NCBI GenBank assembly: GCA_963764625.1
Contig: CAVXTH010000005.1
Location: 320,001-384,000, forward strand
DNA length: 64,000 nt
From: Candidatus Krumholzibacteriota bacterium
GTDB taxonomy: Bacteria > Krumholzibacteriota > Krumholzibacteriia > JAJRXK01
Reading direction: 5' to 3'
The position numbers and the translations under genes were made by a program. Below are positions 10,543 through 21,718 of this stretch, in pieces; positions within the stretch are counted from its first letter, which is position 1; every line of letters begins with the position of its first letter. The notes under the pieces are model-generated. The model ran no database searches. It was not told the origin of the DNA and saw only the letters and a program-made list of their open reading frames with translations.

Positions 10543-10865
10543 GGCCCACTCTCCCTTTGAGGCTCTTTTGTTCATCTCCTTCAGGGTAAAGCGGAAACTG
10601 GGGTTCCTCCACTCTATCGCATCCGCAGCGCCATCTGATCGCCATTACCTCCCACCGCGAGCACGTCCGGGGGGGCAGAGCCCCAGATTCCCGTAGTCTG
10701 AGCGGTCACTCCGGTCGACATTTGCGTCCACTCCGTCCCGTCATACTTCATGCACTTCGGAGCCAACCCACCAGGAGCGGGCGATCCACCTCGCGACGGT
10801 CTCTATCCGCAGGGAGGCCCAGGCCCCGATTCCCGGGAGCGCGGGCTGTTCGGCAGGCAGCGCTC

Positions 10866-10918
10866 AATTTTAATTATATTAAGTTTAACTTGATTTTATG
10901 TATTTTCATAGCTATTAT
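10866..10918 (+). promoter_or_regulatory. Sigma70-type promoter with AT-rich palindromic upstream element
   Basis: TTGATT (10890)-17 nt-TATTAT (10913), 22 nt before ATG 10941. Palindromes TTAAT-tat-ATTAA and AAGTT-t-AACTT lie just upstream. Confidence 0.65.
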
Positions 10919-10940
10919 ACTCTGCAAAGGGAAGGTGCTC

Positions 10941-11294
10941 ATGGATATCTCAAAGGCCCGCTGCGCGGAATGCGACCGCCCCATGGAAGTCTCGCGGATG
11001 GTCTGTCCCCGGTGTGAGGTGCGCCTGGAGGGGGATTTCGAGATCCCGGCCCTGGCCCGCCTGTCGATCGAGGATCAGGCATTCGTCGTGGCGTTCCTGC
11101 GGCACCACGGCTCCATCAAAAAGATGGAGAGCCTGTTCGGGATCAGTTATCCCACGGTGAAGAACCGCCTCAACGCGATCGCCCGCCAACTCGACGAGAG
11201 CTTCAACGTCCCCACCCCCAACGAGCTCGTTCTCGACCAACTGGCCCGGGGAGAGATCACCGTCGAGGAAGCACTCGAGAGACTGAACCCCTGA
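10941..11294 (+). CDS. DUF2089 family Zn-ribbon/HTH protein
   Basis: CxxC...CxxC, then GSIKKMESLFGISYPTVKNRL and a C-terminal LARGEITVEEA. Confidence 0.9.
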   Translation: MDISKARCAECDRPMEVSRMVCPRCEVRLEGDFEIPALARLSIEDQAFVVAFLRHHGSIKKMESLFGISYPTVKNRLNAIARQLDESFNVPTPNELVLDQLARGEITVEEALERLNP

Positions 11295-11334
11295 TCCTGT
11301 GCCCAAGATCCGATCCCAAGGAGGAGAGAAGACC

Positions 11335-11742
11335 ATGTCCCGTGAACGAGCGAAGATTCTCCAGATGGTCGCCGACGGCACCATCACTCCCGAGGAAGCG
11401 GAGAAGCTCCTGAGTCGGCTGGAGGCTCCCGGATCCAGGGTGGCCCTCGAAGCAAGCGAAACGACGTCACGCAAGAGCAAGGCCGGAGCCCTGAAGTGGC
11501 TACGCGTGGTGGTCGATGGCAAGGACAAGGTCAATGTCCGCGTCCCCATCGGGCTCATCCGGACCGGCATCAAGCTGACGACCTTGATGCCGCCAAGTGC
11601 GAGCGAGCACCTCACCGAGCATGGGATCGATCTGTCGCAGTTGAAGAATCTCGACGGCGAGGAACTGATGGACGCATTGCGTGAGCTCACCGTCGACGTC
11701 GACTCCAAGAACGGTGACACGGTTCACGTGTTCTGCGAGTAA
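11335..11742 (+). CDS. SHOCT-like domain protein (typical DUF2089 partner)
   Basis: ERAKILQMVADGTITPEEAEKLL; KVNVRVPIGL; RBS AGGAGG. Confidence 0.8.
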   Translation: MSRERAKILQMVADGTITPEEAEKLLSRLEAPGSRVALEASETTSRKSKAGALKWLRVVVDGKDKVNVRVPIGLIRTGIKLTTLMPPSASEHLTEHGIDLSQLKNLDGEELMDALRELTVDVDSKNGDTVHVFCE

Positions 11743-11797
11743 CGCACGTCAGCATGAACATTTGGAATGGACTTCTTGTGAAAAGCTGGAGACACGT

Positions 11798-13652
11798 GTG
11801 ACCTCATCACCCCAACGCATTCCTTTGGAGGATTTCTTCCGTAAACCCGAACGTGCCGGCCTCGAGCTCTCCCCTTCGGGACGCTACCTCGCGTTTCTCG
11901 CACCCTACGAGCGGCGCCTGAACGTCTGGGTACGCGATCTCGAAACGGGCAAGGAACTCCGCGTGACCGACGCCACCGAGCGCGACATCGCCGGCTACCT
12001 GTGGGCGAACGATGATCGTCTGATCTACGTGCAAGATCGCGGAGGCGACGAAAACTACCGACTCTACGGCGTTGGACGCGACGGCTCCGATCCTCTCGAC
12101 CTCACCCCGTATGAGGGCGTCCAGTGCTCGATCGTCGACGAGCTAGAGGAGATCGACGACGAGATCCTCTTCATGATGAATCGAAGGACCCCGGAGGTCT
12201 TCGACGTCTATCGGCTGAACGTCACGACCGGGGAGACGACCATCGTCGCCGAGAATCCGGGTAACGTGCAGGGCTGGCTCACCGACCACGCCGGCCGGCT
12301 GCGCCTCGCCACGACGACCGACGGCGTGAACACCAGCATTCTGTACCGCGAAACCGAAGTCTCCCCGTGGCATTCGATTGCAACCTACGATTTCAAGGAG
12401 TTGGCTATCCCGCTGTGCTTCACCTTCGATGACCGAGCACTCTACGTTGCGTCGAACGTCGGCCGGGATCGCATCGCAATCTTCGAGTACGACCTCGAGA
12501 GCGGCCGCGAAGGCCGATTGATCTTCGAGCATCCGGAGGTCGACGTGTCGTCCCTGCTGTACTCCAAGCACCGGCGCATGATTACCGGCGTGCTCTACCA
12601 CACCTCCAAGCCTGCGCATCAGTTTTTCGAAGTGCGTGATGCCGAGATTCAGCGCTTCCTCGACGAGCGGCTTTCCGGACGTTTCAATCGCATCGTGTCA
12701 CACTCCAAAGACGAGTCTCGCTACGTAGTGCACTCCAGCAGCGACCGCTCGCTCGGCGATTATCATCTGCTCGAGTCACCCGAGGGCGGGGCCCTCGCGA
12801 TGCGCAAGTTGTTCGACGCTTCGCCCTGGCTGAACGAAAGCGAAATGGCTGCGCTCGAGCCGATCGAGTATCAATCGCGCGACGGCCTGAAGATCTACGG
12901 CTACCTCACCCGCCCGCTGGGGACAGCCGGCTCTGCGGTTCCGATGGTCGTCCTCCCCCACGGAGGCCCCTGGCACCGTGATTCCTGGCGTTTCGAACCT
13001 GAGGTCCAGTTCCTCGCGAACCGCGGCCACGCCGTACTGCAGGTCAATTTTCGCAGCTCGACGGGCTACGGCCGGAAGTTCAAGGAGGCCGGGTACGGGC
13101 AGTGGGGTCTGACGATGCAGGACGATCTGACGGACGGGGTGGCATCTGGGCGGTGAAGCAGCGGCATCGCCGATCCGCGACCGGGTTGCGATCTTCGGTG
13201 GAAGCTATGGCGGATACGCCGCTCTCTCCGGGTTGACCAAGACCCCCGAGCTGTACGCCTGCGGAGTGAGCTACTGTGGCGTCTCGAACCTCTTCACCTG
13301 GATCGCCGCAATCCCGGCTTACTGGAAGCCACTTCTGGGGATGATCTACGAAATGATCGGACACCCCGAGCGCGATGCGGAGCGGCTACGGGAGACTTCT
13401 CCTTTGTTCCACGTCGATCGAATCCGCGCGCCTCTTCTCGTGGCCCAAGGGGCCAACGATCCGCGCGTTCGCAAGGAGGAATCGGACCAGATGGTTACAG
13501 CGGTGCGTGGCCGAGGCGTCGAGGTGGAGTACATCGTCAAGGACGATGAAGGACACGGTTTCCACAATGAGGAGAACGTGTTCGACTTCTATCGTGTGCT
13601 GGAGCGCTTTCTCGAACGTCATCTCGGACCAGTGTCCGAAGGCGGTGCCTAA
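11798..13652 (+). CDS. S9 family peptidase (frameshifts about 13140-13210)
   Basis: [20 protein letters not shown] nucleophile motif near 13200, [14 protein letters not shown]. Confidence 0.92.
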
Positions 13653-13875
13653 CCCTACTCGCCATATCCGGTAGCACGAGGATGATCCGGAACCGACCCC
13701 CAGGCCGGGGCGTATAGACGAAACCTCGCATCGCTCGAAACTGCGGGGCTTCTCCCGCTTCCGGAGGCTCTTCGCCCTGACCAGAATCCTTGTCACACTT
13801 TGCGTTGCTCTGAACCTCAGTGCCTACTTCTGCGCTGTTCCGGCGTCGGCCACGACATTCTCGGGAGCGAGGGCC

Positions 13876-14499
13876 ATGGCGTACAGTGATGTTACAGGCC
13901 TCCTCAGCCAACAAAGCCTAGAAATCTTCGCCCTCGGCGGCGCGCTCACGGTGATGGGGCACCAGGTGGAGAATGCCAACGACGAGGAGCGCTTCCTCGA
14001 CTCGCCTAGCCTCGATGGTGTGTCCGACACGGGCAACGTCTACGGAAACGGCCTCACCATCGCGGGAGGCGCTTTGGGCCTGGTGGCAGCCGGCGCCTTC
14101 GCGCATTCGCCTCGGCTGGTGTCGGCCGGTGTCGACGTGGCGCATTCCTTCCTGCTGAGCGGCGCCCTCATCGTCGCGATCAAGATGGCGGCACAGCGTA
14201 CCCGGCCGAACGGCGGCAGCTACTCCTTTCCCTCCGGCCATACTGGCGTGGCCATGTCCGCGGCTCCGGTTCTGGCCTATCACTTCGGACCCGTCGTGGG
14301 AGCTTGTGCGTACGCTCTGGCGGGGGCCACTGCCATGGGAAGGATGGAGGACCGCTACCACTACTTGTCAGACGTCTTGTTCGGGGCCACGATCGGCGTG
14401 GTCGTGGGACGCACTGTAGTGCATGAGCGCAGCGGATCTGCGATTCTCGATCACCTGCGCCTCGCCCCCGGCGGCGCGGCCTTCACCTGCCCATTTTGA
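13876..14499 (+). CDS. PAP2 family phosphatase
   Basis: KxxxxRxRP, SFPSGH, GR...HYLSDV. The frame is open upstream with a signal-like stretch, so the true start may be near 13777. Confidence 0.88.
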   Translation: MAYSDVTGLLSQQSLEIFALGGALTVMGHQVENANDEERFLDSPSLDGVSDTGNVYGNGLTIAGGALGLVAAGAFAHSPRLVSAGVDVAHSFLLSGALIVAIKMAAQRTRPNGGSYSFPSGHTGVAMSAAPVLAYHFGPVVGACAYALAGATAMGRMEDRYHYLSDVLFGATIGVVVGRTVVHERSGSAILDHLRLAPGGAAFTCPF

Positions 14500-14530
14500 T
14501 TTGAGCTGAGCAGTGACGCATCGGGCCGCA

Positions 14531-16294
14531 CTAACGCAGTAGTGCAAGGCGCTGCACGAGCTGCTTCCCCTCCGCAATCATCTGCACGAAGTAGATGCCG
14601 CTTGCCACTGGGCGTCCGGAATCGTCTCGACCGTTCCAGCTGACCGCGCCCGCGCCGACCGGATACCGCTTCGCGGGGAAGCTATGTACCCGTCGCCCCG
14701 CCGCGTCGTAGATGCGAATCGTGGGAACCTGCGCGTGATCGAGCAAGAAGCGAATCTCGGTGCGCGGATTGAAGGGATTCGGGAAGGCGCCCAGGAGCAC
14801 AGTGCGCGTAGGCACTTCGTTAGCGGCCACCCTCAAAGTCTCCAACGGAAAGATCTCCTCCCCGTCCTGCATGATCCCCAGACCGTAACGCAGTTCACCC
14901 GCAGGAGCCGCTGTGTCGAGATACACCCCGCTCGCGCCTTGCCCGCGATAGAGCTCGGCGGAAGCGCTCTCGTCGAGCCGCCGCAGGAAGACCTCCTGGG
15001 TCCCGCTCAGCGACCACTGCAGCTTTACGCCTTGCTCCACTCGCGTCCCCGTGAAGCCCTGCACCAACACTGGGGTGATCTCGCACGCCGAATCGTAGGC
15101 GCCCATGCGGCCGCAGGCGCTGTTTTCGGCCGAGGCCGGAGAATGCGTACTCAAGGTGTAGTCCCCCGCCCATCGCGCACAGAAGATCGGAGGCGCGCTG
15201 ATGTTGTCGTTACTCTTGGTAACGTCGCCGATTCCACCACGCGTGTTTGGACCATCGATTTCCCAGAAGTCGTTGCAGCCCACGGATACGCTGGCAGGCG
15301 CTTCAACTGCAGCTGCCGGCAGGCCGATGAAGAGGTTGTTTTCGATGACTCCGGAACTGGGAGCAGTGGCCTCGATCATTGCGGGCAGCTGCTCAGGCGG
15401 GAACACATGATCCCAACAAGGGGTCATGACAGGCGCGTCGGGTACGGTGGTGTCCACAAAGGTGTTGCCTTGAAGTACCACACCACCCGTGGCCCAGATA
15501 CAATCCGTGACTCCCAAGCATTCATAGTCAAGATAGTCCGCGCTCTTGAATACACCGAAATGAGCCACGAGACAGCCAAACATCTCCAGCGATTCCGCAG
15601 AATCGATCAAGAAGGGACCACAATCGAGGAACCGGGTACCTTCGATTGTAACGGGAACGATGGCGACAATGGGAGATGACTGGTTTTGAAACTCGCAATC
15701 ACGGATCGTGATGCTTCCATCCGTGGTCCCTGAATAGGCATTGTAGTCTGGCGCGATACAGTTACCACCTACTGCAGCCCCTTCCGTAATACGCTCCCAG
15801 TAGTTCTCATGGAATGCACACCGCTCGAATAGGAGTTCAAAGTTGCCGCCGTAGGCAATAGGAGGACCTTGCCCGGTCCAGATATTCTCGAACGTACAGT
15901 CGGCGAAGCTCACCTTTGACGAACTCACGGTAATACGTCCCTCGCCAAAGCCACCGGTAAAGCCTATCTCACCGAGAATGAACCCCTTGACTTGGGCTTG
16001 CCCCAGATTGCTCGCGCCCATGCCTCCGAGCCGATTGGCGCCGAGTTCGCGGGAGAGGAGCGTGATGCCATGGCTCAGCTCCACGACGCCGCCGTCGAGA
16101 GTATTTGGCGCCACGCTAACACTGTCACCATCAACGGCAGCGGCCAGCGCAGCCTCGAGAGTGTAGTTCTCGGGAACCAGAAGCGTGGTGGCGTGCGTCA
16201 CACCGGGGACTGCCGCGAGGACCAGCGGAAGGAGGATCAGTGCGTAAAAAAAAGCGCAAACGCGGCCAATGAAACCAAATATCAATTTCACCAT
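14531..16294 (-). CDS. Secreted right-handed beta-helix protein with C-terminal FlgD-Ig/T9SS-like domain
   Basis: Signal peptide; CxFxxN repeats; NISAPPIFC; AFPNPFNPRTEI...WNGRDDSGRPVASGIYF. Confidence 0.85.
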   Translation of the reverse strand: MVKLIFGFIGRVCAFFYALILLPLVLAAVPGVTHATTLLVPENYTLEAALAAAVDGDSVSVAPNTLDGGVVELSHGITLLSRELGANRLGGMGASNLGQAQVKGFILGEIGFTGGFGEGRITVSSSKVSFADCTFENIWTGQGPPIAYGGNFELLFERCAFHENYWERITEGAAVGGNCIAPDYNAYSGTTDGSITIRDCEFQNQSSPIVAIVPVTIEGTRFLDCGPFLIDSAESLEMFGCLVAHFGVFKSADYLDYECLGVTDCIWATGGVVLQGNTFVDTTVPDAPVMTPCWDHVFPPEQLPAMIEATAPSSGVIENNLFIGLPAAAVEAPASVSVGCNDFWEIDGPNTRGGIGDVTKSNDNISAPPIFCARWAGDYTLSTHSPASAENSACGRMGAYDSACEITPVLVQGFTGTRVEQGVKLQWSLSGTQEVFLRRLDESASAELYRGQGASGVYLDTAAPAGELRYGLGIMQDGEEIFPLETLRVAANEVPTRTVLLGAFPNPFNPRTEIRFLLDHAQVPTIRIYDAAGRRVHSFPAKRYPVGAGAVSWNGRDDSGRPVASGIYFVQMIAEGKQLVQRLALLR

Positions 16295-16348
16295 CTCCGC
16301 ACCTCCCAAGACGAGATGAGGCGCGGGAGCCACGCACCAGTATAGCAC

Positions 16349-17767
16349 TTATGAGCCGGCGCCGGAAGCGGGCTGGGCAGCGCTCAGATCTTCCAGACTC
16401 ACTTCGGCCACGCTCTTCTGCAATTCGGCATACAGTTCATTGACGACTTCCCATGGCCGTGTCGAACCTTCCGCGCCTTCCAAGGGCATCGCGGTGCGAC
16501 TCAGCTCGAGAACCTCGCAAGCGGTAATCTGATCCGCGGGACGGGAGAGGGCATAGCCGCTGCGCGCGCCTTCGTGTACCTCGTGCACCAGGCTCGCCTT
16601 CATCAAAGGCCGAAGCAGCCGCAGCACCGCCGAAGGCGGCAACCGCAACGAGCGTGAGAGAACCCCAACCGTAGCTAACTGGCCTTGATGAAAGCACTCG
16701 GCGATGCGCGTCGCCAATGGCAACACCAGGGTGCGGTCGATCACGATGAGATCGCCCTCGAAGAAGCTGCGCCAGGCGAAGCGTCCCTCGCGCATCGCCT
16801 GCAGAGCGTAGGCCAATTCCAACCCAAAGAGAACGATGAGCCAGGTGATCCACAGCCACAGCAAAAAGAGCGGCAGAAGACCGAGAGCGCCGTAAAGAGT
16901 AGAGATAGCCGTGCGTCGCACGTAGAGCGAGAACAGCTGCTCGCCCAACCACCACAACACCGATGCCACCGAGGCGCCGATCATGGCCGCGTTCCACTGC
17001 ACCCGGGTGTTGGGCAAAGACACGTAGAGGAAGAAGAAGACAATCCAAATCGTGAGTAGAGGAACCACGATGGCCAAAATGGCCATGAGGCTCGATCCAA
17101 CCCCCAAGGCGTCTATGTTGCTGAGCATGCGCCGCTGTGCCACCTGGCCGATGAAGATCACCAGGGGACTCAGGGTGATCACACTGTAGTAGATCGGTAG
17201 TCGCAGATACGGGGGCCGGCCCGGGCCGGCTTTGTATATATGGTTGAAGGAGCTCTCCACCGTGGCCAAGAGTCCAGTGGCGGCCCAGATGAAAATGAGG
17301 ATGCCGACCAAACCCACTCCGCGAAAATCGACCGTTTCCAATTCACTGAGCACTCTCTCCACCTGATCGCCCAGGGTCTTGCGAACTTCAATGAAGCTCT
17401 CTTCCCGGCGCAGACTCTCCCCTTCGAGGTTGCGATGCGGGGTGGGAATGCCGGGAATAATGTCGTCTTGCTGCACGGGCTGGAGGATCCAGTTGACGAT
17501 CCCCTCCCTGAATTCCGACATCTCCTTGGGCCCGACGAAGGAGTGCATCACCACCAGACTCAGAACCAGGGTGGGCATGAGCGAAAAGATGGTGTGATAG
17601 GTGAGCGCGGCCGCCATGGTCGAGGCCCGGTCGCGCCGCAGTTCGATGGTGCAGTGCCGCGCCAGATCGATCCACCAACGCAAGGAGCGCTCTCGATCGG
17701 AGAGATCTCGCTCCGGCTTGCGCATGAGGCGCCGGAGAGATGGAATGAGGCGTTTCAACTTCCACAT
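16349..17767 (-). CDS. YihY/BrkB family membrane protein with C-terminal Rrf2-like winged helix
   Basis: AAALTYHTIFS, ESSFNHI, LYGALGLLPLFLLW; GYALSRPADQIT. Confidence 0.9.
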   Translation of the reverse strand: MWKLKRLIPSLRRLMRKPERDLSDRERSLRWWIDLARHCTIELRRDRASTMAAALTYHTIFSLMPTLVLSLVVMHSFVGPKEMSEFREGIVNWILQPVQQDDIIPGIPTPHRNLEGESLRREESFIEVRKTLGDQVERVLSELETVDFRGVGLVGILIFIWAATGLLATVESSFNHIYKAGPGRPPYLRLPIYYSVITLSPLVIFIGQVAQRRMLSNIDALGVGSSLMAILAIVVPLLTIWIVFFFLYVSLPNTRVQWNAAMIGASVASVLWWLGEQLFSLYVRRTAISTLYGALGLLPLFLLWLWITWLIVLFGLELAYALQAMREGRFAWRSFFEGDLIVIDRTLVLPLATRIAECFHQGQLATVGVLSRSLRLPPSAVLRLLRPLMKASLVHEVHEGARSGYALSRPADQITACEVLELSRTAMPLEGAEGSTRPWEVVNELYAELQKSVAEVSLEDLSAAQPASGAGS

Positions 17768-17979
17768 GGTTCGGGCGGCCGTCTCGTATGAACAGCCGAC
17801 CTCAGATTAGCCCATGGGGCCGCTCTGTCCACCAAAGAAGCTCGTTCCGGCGAGTCAGCTGCCGCTCTGGCTCTCGAATCCGCTTTTTCGGTGGCGGACT
17901 CGTCAGGAGGTCTACATAGTGTTGACTGCCCATGGTTCCGAGATCCTACTTCCCCGTGGATTCTTCAGAGGAGTATCTC

Positions 17980-18423
17980 ATGATGAAATATCTGACTACG
18001 TTTACCGCACTCGCTCTCCTTCTGATCGCTGGTTGTTCAGGTGGAGGGTCATCCGACAAGGCCGCGGACAATGCCCAGACCAACGCCGCGGCAGGAGAAC
18101 ACACGAGCGTCGCCGACATGCCGAAGCAAGCCATCGATTCTGCGAAAGAGGCAGCCGCCAAGACCGAGATCGCCTCGTTGCCCGAGGGCCAGGAAGTGAC
18201 GGTCAGCGGAAAGCTGGGGTGTGGCCACTGCAACTATCACGTGGGCACCACCTGCAGCGCCGCGCTTCAGACCGCCGACGGCGGAATCTACGTCCTCGAC
18301 GTGGCGGAAGATTCGGAATGGTTCCAGGACCGCTACGATGGCCTCGATCTGAAGGTGACCGGCAAAGTGCACCACGAGGGCACCCTGGTGAAACTGGAAG
18401 ATCCCAACATCACCAAACTCTAG
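17980..18423 (+). CDS. Lipoprotein with CxxC OB-fold-like domain (DUF6370-like)
   Basis: Lipobox LIAGC; GCGHCNY...TCSAAL; RBS GAGGAG. Confidence 0.7.
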   Translation: MMKYLTTFTALALLLIAGCSGGGSSDKAADNAQTNAAAGEHTSVADMPKQAIDSAKEAAAKTEIASLPEGQEVTVSGKLGCGHCNYHVGTTCSAALQTADGGIYVLDVAEDSEWFQDRYDGLDLKVTGKVHHEGTLVKLEDPNITKL

Positions 18424-18475
18424 CCTGAAATCCTGGGAATGCGGCTCGGAATCTCTCCCTAGGAGCGATGAGTTC

Positions 18476-19441
18476 GTGCGAATTTGCGCTGCGATCGACG
18501 TTGGCACCAACTCCATGAAGCTCTTCGTGGGAGACACACAAGCGCCAGCCTCTTCCAGCGCGGGAACAAAAGCGATTCGACCCGTGCTGGAAGATCTGGC
18601 GATCACCCGCCTCGGCGAGGGTCTTGCCCAGGCGGGATCCCTCACCCAAGCCGCCATCACCCGCAACGTCGAACAGCTCGCCCACTTCGTGCGGCAGGCC
18701 CGTAAGGCCGGGGCCGAGGAGATCGTGGCCGTGGGCACCATGGCCCTACGGGAAGCGAACAACGCCGACGCCTTCGTCGAAGCGGCCCGGCGGCGCTGCG
18801 GACTTACGGTCGAGATCATTCCCGGGGAAGAAGAAGCCCGCCTCTCCTTCCTGGGCGTTCTAGAGGGCCTGGGCTCTCTGGAGCTTCCGGCCTACGTCTT
18901 CGACATCGGCGGCGGAAGCACCGAGTTCATTCTGGGTCACGGGCGCGAGTTCACCGCGCGCACGAGTATCAACCTCGGGGTGCGCCGCCTCAGCGAAGAA
19001 CACCTGCGCGACGATCCACCCGCCTCCACACAAGTCGCCGCGCTACGAGCCAGCATCCGCAAGGCCTTGCAGCGCGTGCCCGCCCTGCTCGGGTCGCCCG
19101 ATCCCGTCCGCCGGCTGGTCGGCATCGGCGGCACCATTACCACCCTGGCCGCCGTCCAACTGATCATGAAAAGCTTTGACCCCCAAAGGATTCGAAATAC
19201 TCTTGTGACAAAGGTGGAGGTCGAGCGCCAAATTGAACTCTATGCGCGGCTTCCCCTGAGGGAGCGCCAGGACATCGATGGGCTCGCCCCCGACCGGGCC
19301 GACGTGATCGTGGCCGGGGCGTGCATCGTGGCCGGGGTTTTCGAGGTCTTCGGACTTGAATCCCTCACCGTCAGCGACCGCGGACTACGCCACGGGCTCT
19401 TTTGCGACCGATTCATGCCACCGCTCGAATTGGGAAACTGA
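18476..19441 (+). CDS. ppx: Ppx/GppA exopolyphosphatase
   Basis: AIDVGTNS, GEEEARL, DIGGGSTE, RADVI, GLRHG. Confidence 0.93.
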   Translation: MRICAAIDVGTNSMKLFVGDTQAPASSSAGTKAIRPVLEDLAITRLGEGLAQAGSLTQAAITRNVEQLAHFVRQARKAGAEEIVAVGTMALREANNADAFVEAARRRCGLTVEIIPGEEEARLSFLGVLEGLGSLELPAYVFDIGGGSTEFILGHGREFTARTSINLGVRRLSEEHLRDDPPASTQVAALRASIRKALQRVPALLGSPDPVRRLVGIGGTITTLAAVQLIMKSFDPQRIRNTLVTKVEVERQIELYARLPLRERQDIDGLAPDRADVIVAGACIVAGVFEVFGLESLTVSDRGLRHGLFCDRFMPPLELGN

Positions 19442-19473
19442 GCCGCGAACTGATCTCAATCCCGGAGAACCCC

Positions 19474-20118
19474 ATGGACATTCTCTTCCACCGCACCCGC
19501 AGGTTGGAGCGGCAGATCGACGAGTATCTCGACCTGGTCGTGCAGGGCGGGCTGATCTTTCGCGCGGCGGTCGCCCATTACATGGAGAATCGCCACGACG
19601 ACTTCGACGATCGCCTCAGCGATTTGCAGAAACTCGAGTCGAAGGCTGATGAGTTGCGTCGGGAAATCGAAACGCGCCTGTATACCGAAACTCTCTTGCC
19701 CGAGTCCCGGGGTGACATCTTGGGGCTGCTCGAGACCATCGACAAGGTCATCAATCGCTGCGAGGAGAGCCTCCAGGACTTCTCGGTGGAGAAGCCCGAG
19801 ATCATTCCCGAACTCCTGGATGATTTCCGCCAGCTCATTGCTTCCACGGTGGATTGCGTCGACAACATGGTCATGGCCGCGCGTTCGTACTTCCGCGACC
19901 CCAAGGCGGTAAGGGACCACATTGCGCGGGCGCGATTCCACGAACAGGCGAGCGATCGCAGTGGGGTGAAGATTCGACGTCAACTCTTCGCCGCAAAGAT
20001 CGACCTGGCGTCTAAGCTGCATCAACGCGATTTCTCGGTGCGAATCGATCGAATTGCCGATGGGGCCGAAGACGTCTGCGACCGCTTGGCGATCGCGAAT
20101 ATCAAACGCTCTCTCTGA
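19474..20118 (+). CDS. DUF47/PhoU-like phosphate transport regulator
   Basis: LESKADELRREI, IADGAEDVCDRL; directly upstream of PiT. Confidence 0.9.
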   Translation: MDILFHRTRRLERQIDEYLDLVVQGGLIFRAAVAHYMENRHDDFDDRLSDLQKLESKADELRREIETRLYTETLLPESRGDILGLLETIDKVINRCEESLQDFSVEKPEIIPELLDDFRQLIASTVDCVDNMVMAARSYFRDPKAVRDHIARARFHEQASDRSGVKIRRQLFAAKIDLASKLHQRDFSVRIDRIADGAEDVCDRLAIANIKRSL

Positions 20119-20174
20119 CAGCCAAGACCAACGGCTCGTCGATGACAAAGTCGCGAGCGAGTGAGGACTAGCCC

Positions 20175-21683
20175 GTGCTGTGGTTCTTTCTTCTGAGTGG
20201 CCTCTTCATGGGTTGGTCGCTGGGCGCCAACGATGCCGCGAACGTCTTCGGCACCGCGGTGAGCACCCGCATGGTGCGCTTCCGCACCGCCGCTCTGGTG
20301 GCCAGCCTCTTCGTGGTCTTGGGTTCGGTGATCGGCGGCGCCGGCACCACGCATACCCTGGGAAAGCTCGGATCGGTGAACGCCCTGGCGGGTTCGTTCA
20401 CGGTGGCCCTGGCGGCCGGCCTCACCGTGACCTGGATGACGCGTCTTCACCTGCCGGTGTCGACCTCCCAGGCGATCGTCGGCGCCATCGTGGGGTGGAA
20501 CATCTTCACCGGAGTGCCAACGGACCTCTCCTCGCTGGCGAGCATCGTCGGCACTTGGGTCATCTGTCCTGTTCTGGCCGCGATCTTTTCGATGGCGCTC
20601 TTCACGCTGGCCCGCCGTTGGTCGTCGAGCACACGAACCCACCTGCTGGCCATCCATGCGCGCACCCGCTGGGGACTCCTGGTGGTCGGGGCCATGGGAG
20701 CTTGGGCGTTGGGAGCCAACAACATCGCAAACGTGATGGGCGTGTTCGTGCCGGCGTTCCACCTCAGGAACGCGACCCTCCTACCAGGGATTCAACTGAA
20801 CAGCGCGCAACAGCTCTTCCTGCTGGGCTCTCTGGCCATCGGAATTGGGATCTTCACCTACTCGCGCGAGACCATGCGAACTGTCGGCCGTGATCTCTTC
20901 CGGCTCACCCCGGTGGCGGCGCTCGTCGTGGTCATCTCGGAGACCTTGGTGCTGTACCTCTTCGCCTCGGAGTCGCTGGAACATCTGCTGGCGTCCCATG
21001 GCTTGCCCACTCTGCCCTTGGTGCCGGTTTCGGCCTCGCAGGCGGTGGTGGGAGGCGTGCTGGGTATTGGTCTTTCCAAGGGGGCGCGCGGCGTCAATCT
21101 CAAGGTGTTGCGCGGAATCGCGGGAGGTTGGGTCACTACGCCCATCGCGGCCGCGGTGCTATGCTACGTCTCGCTGTTCTTCGTACAGAACGTGTTCGAG
21201 CAGAAAGTCGTGCGACCAGTGCACTACGAAATCTCCCCCGCGGTGCTCGAACATCTCGAGGGGATGGGCGTGAACACCTCACGATTGCCCGAACTCGATG
21301 GATCGAGAGTTCGATAATGCCCGCAACTTCCGAGCTTCGCTCTTCATCATCAAAGGGAATTCGCGCCGAACCCAGCATGCACGCCGTCTTCACCGCCGCT
21401 AGAATCCACGAAACCTACGTCGACTCCACCGTGGTCTCGGACGGAGCTGGTGAAGGAGGGATTCAGCGAGGAGGAACTTCGCGGTATTGCCGCGTTGCAC
21501 GGAAACCGATATCACCACGACTGGCAGCTCGACGTCGATCTCGCCCGGGTTTCCCCGGCCTGGCGTCCCCGTACGGGTCGAGGCGCCGCAGTGCTCAACA
21601 AAGGGCTCAAGCGGAAAGAAGCGCGCATCCATCGCGTGTTCCGCGTGCCCAGCGGCGAGAGCGAAGATTTCCAGGAAGACTGA
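20175..21683 (+). CDS. Inorganic phosphate transporter, PiT family (frameshifts about 21310 and 21440)
   Basis: GANDAAN and GANNIAN signatures, PVSTSQAIVG; soluble tail continues in ORF 21450..21683. Confidence 0.9.
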
Positions 21684-21718
21684 GTTTTTAGCGCGGCGTT
21701 TACGATCAGGCGGCGGGT

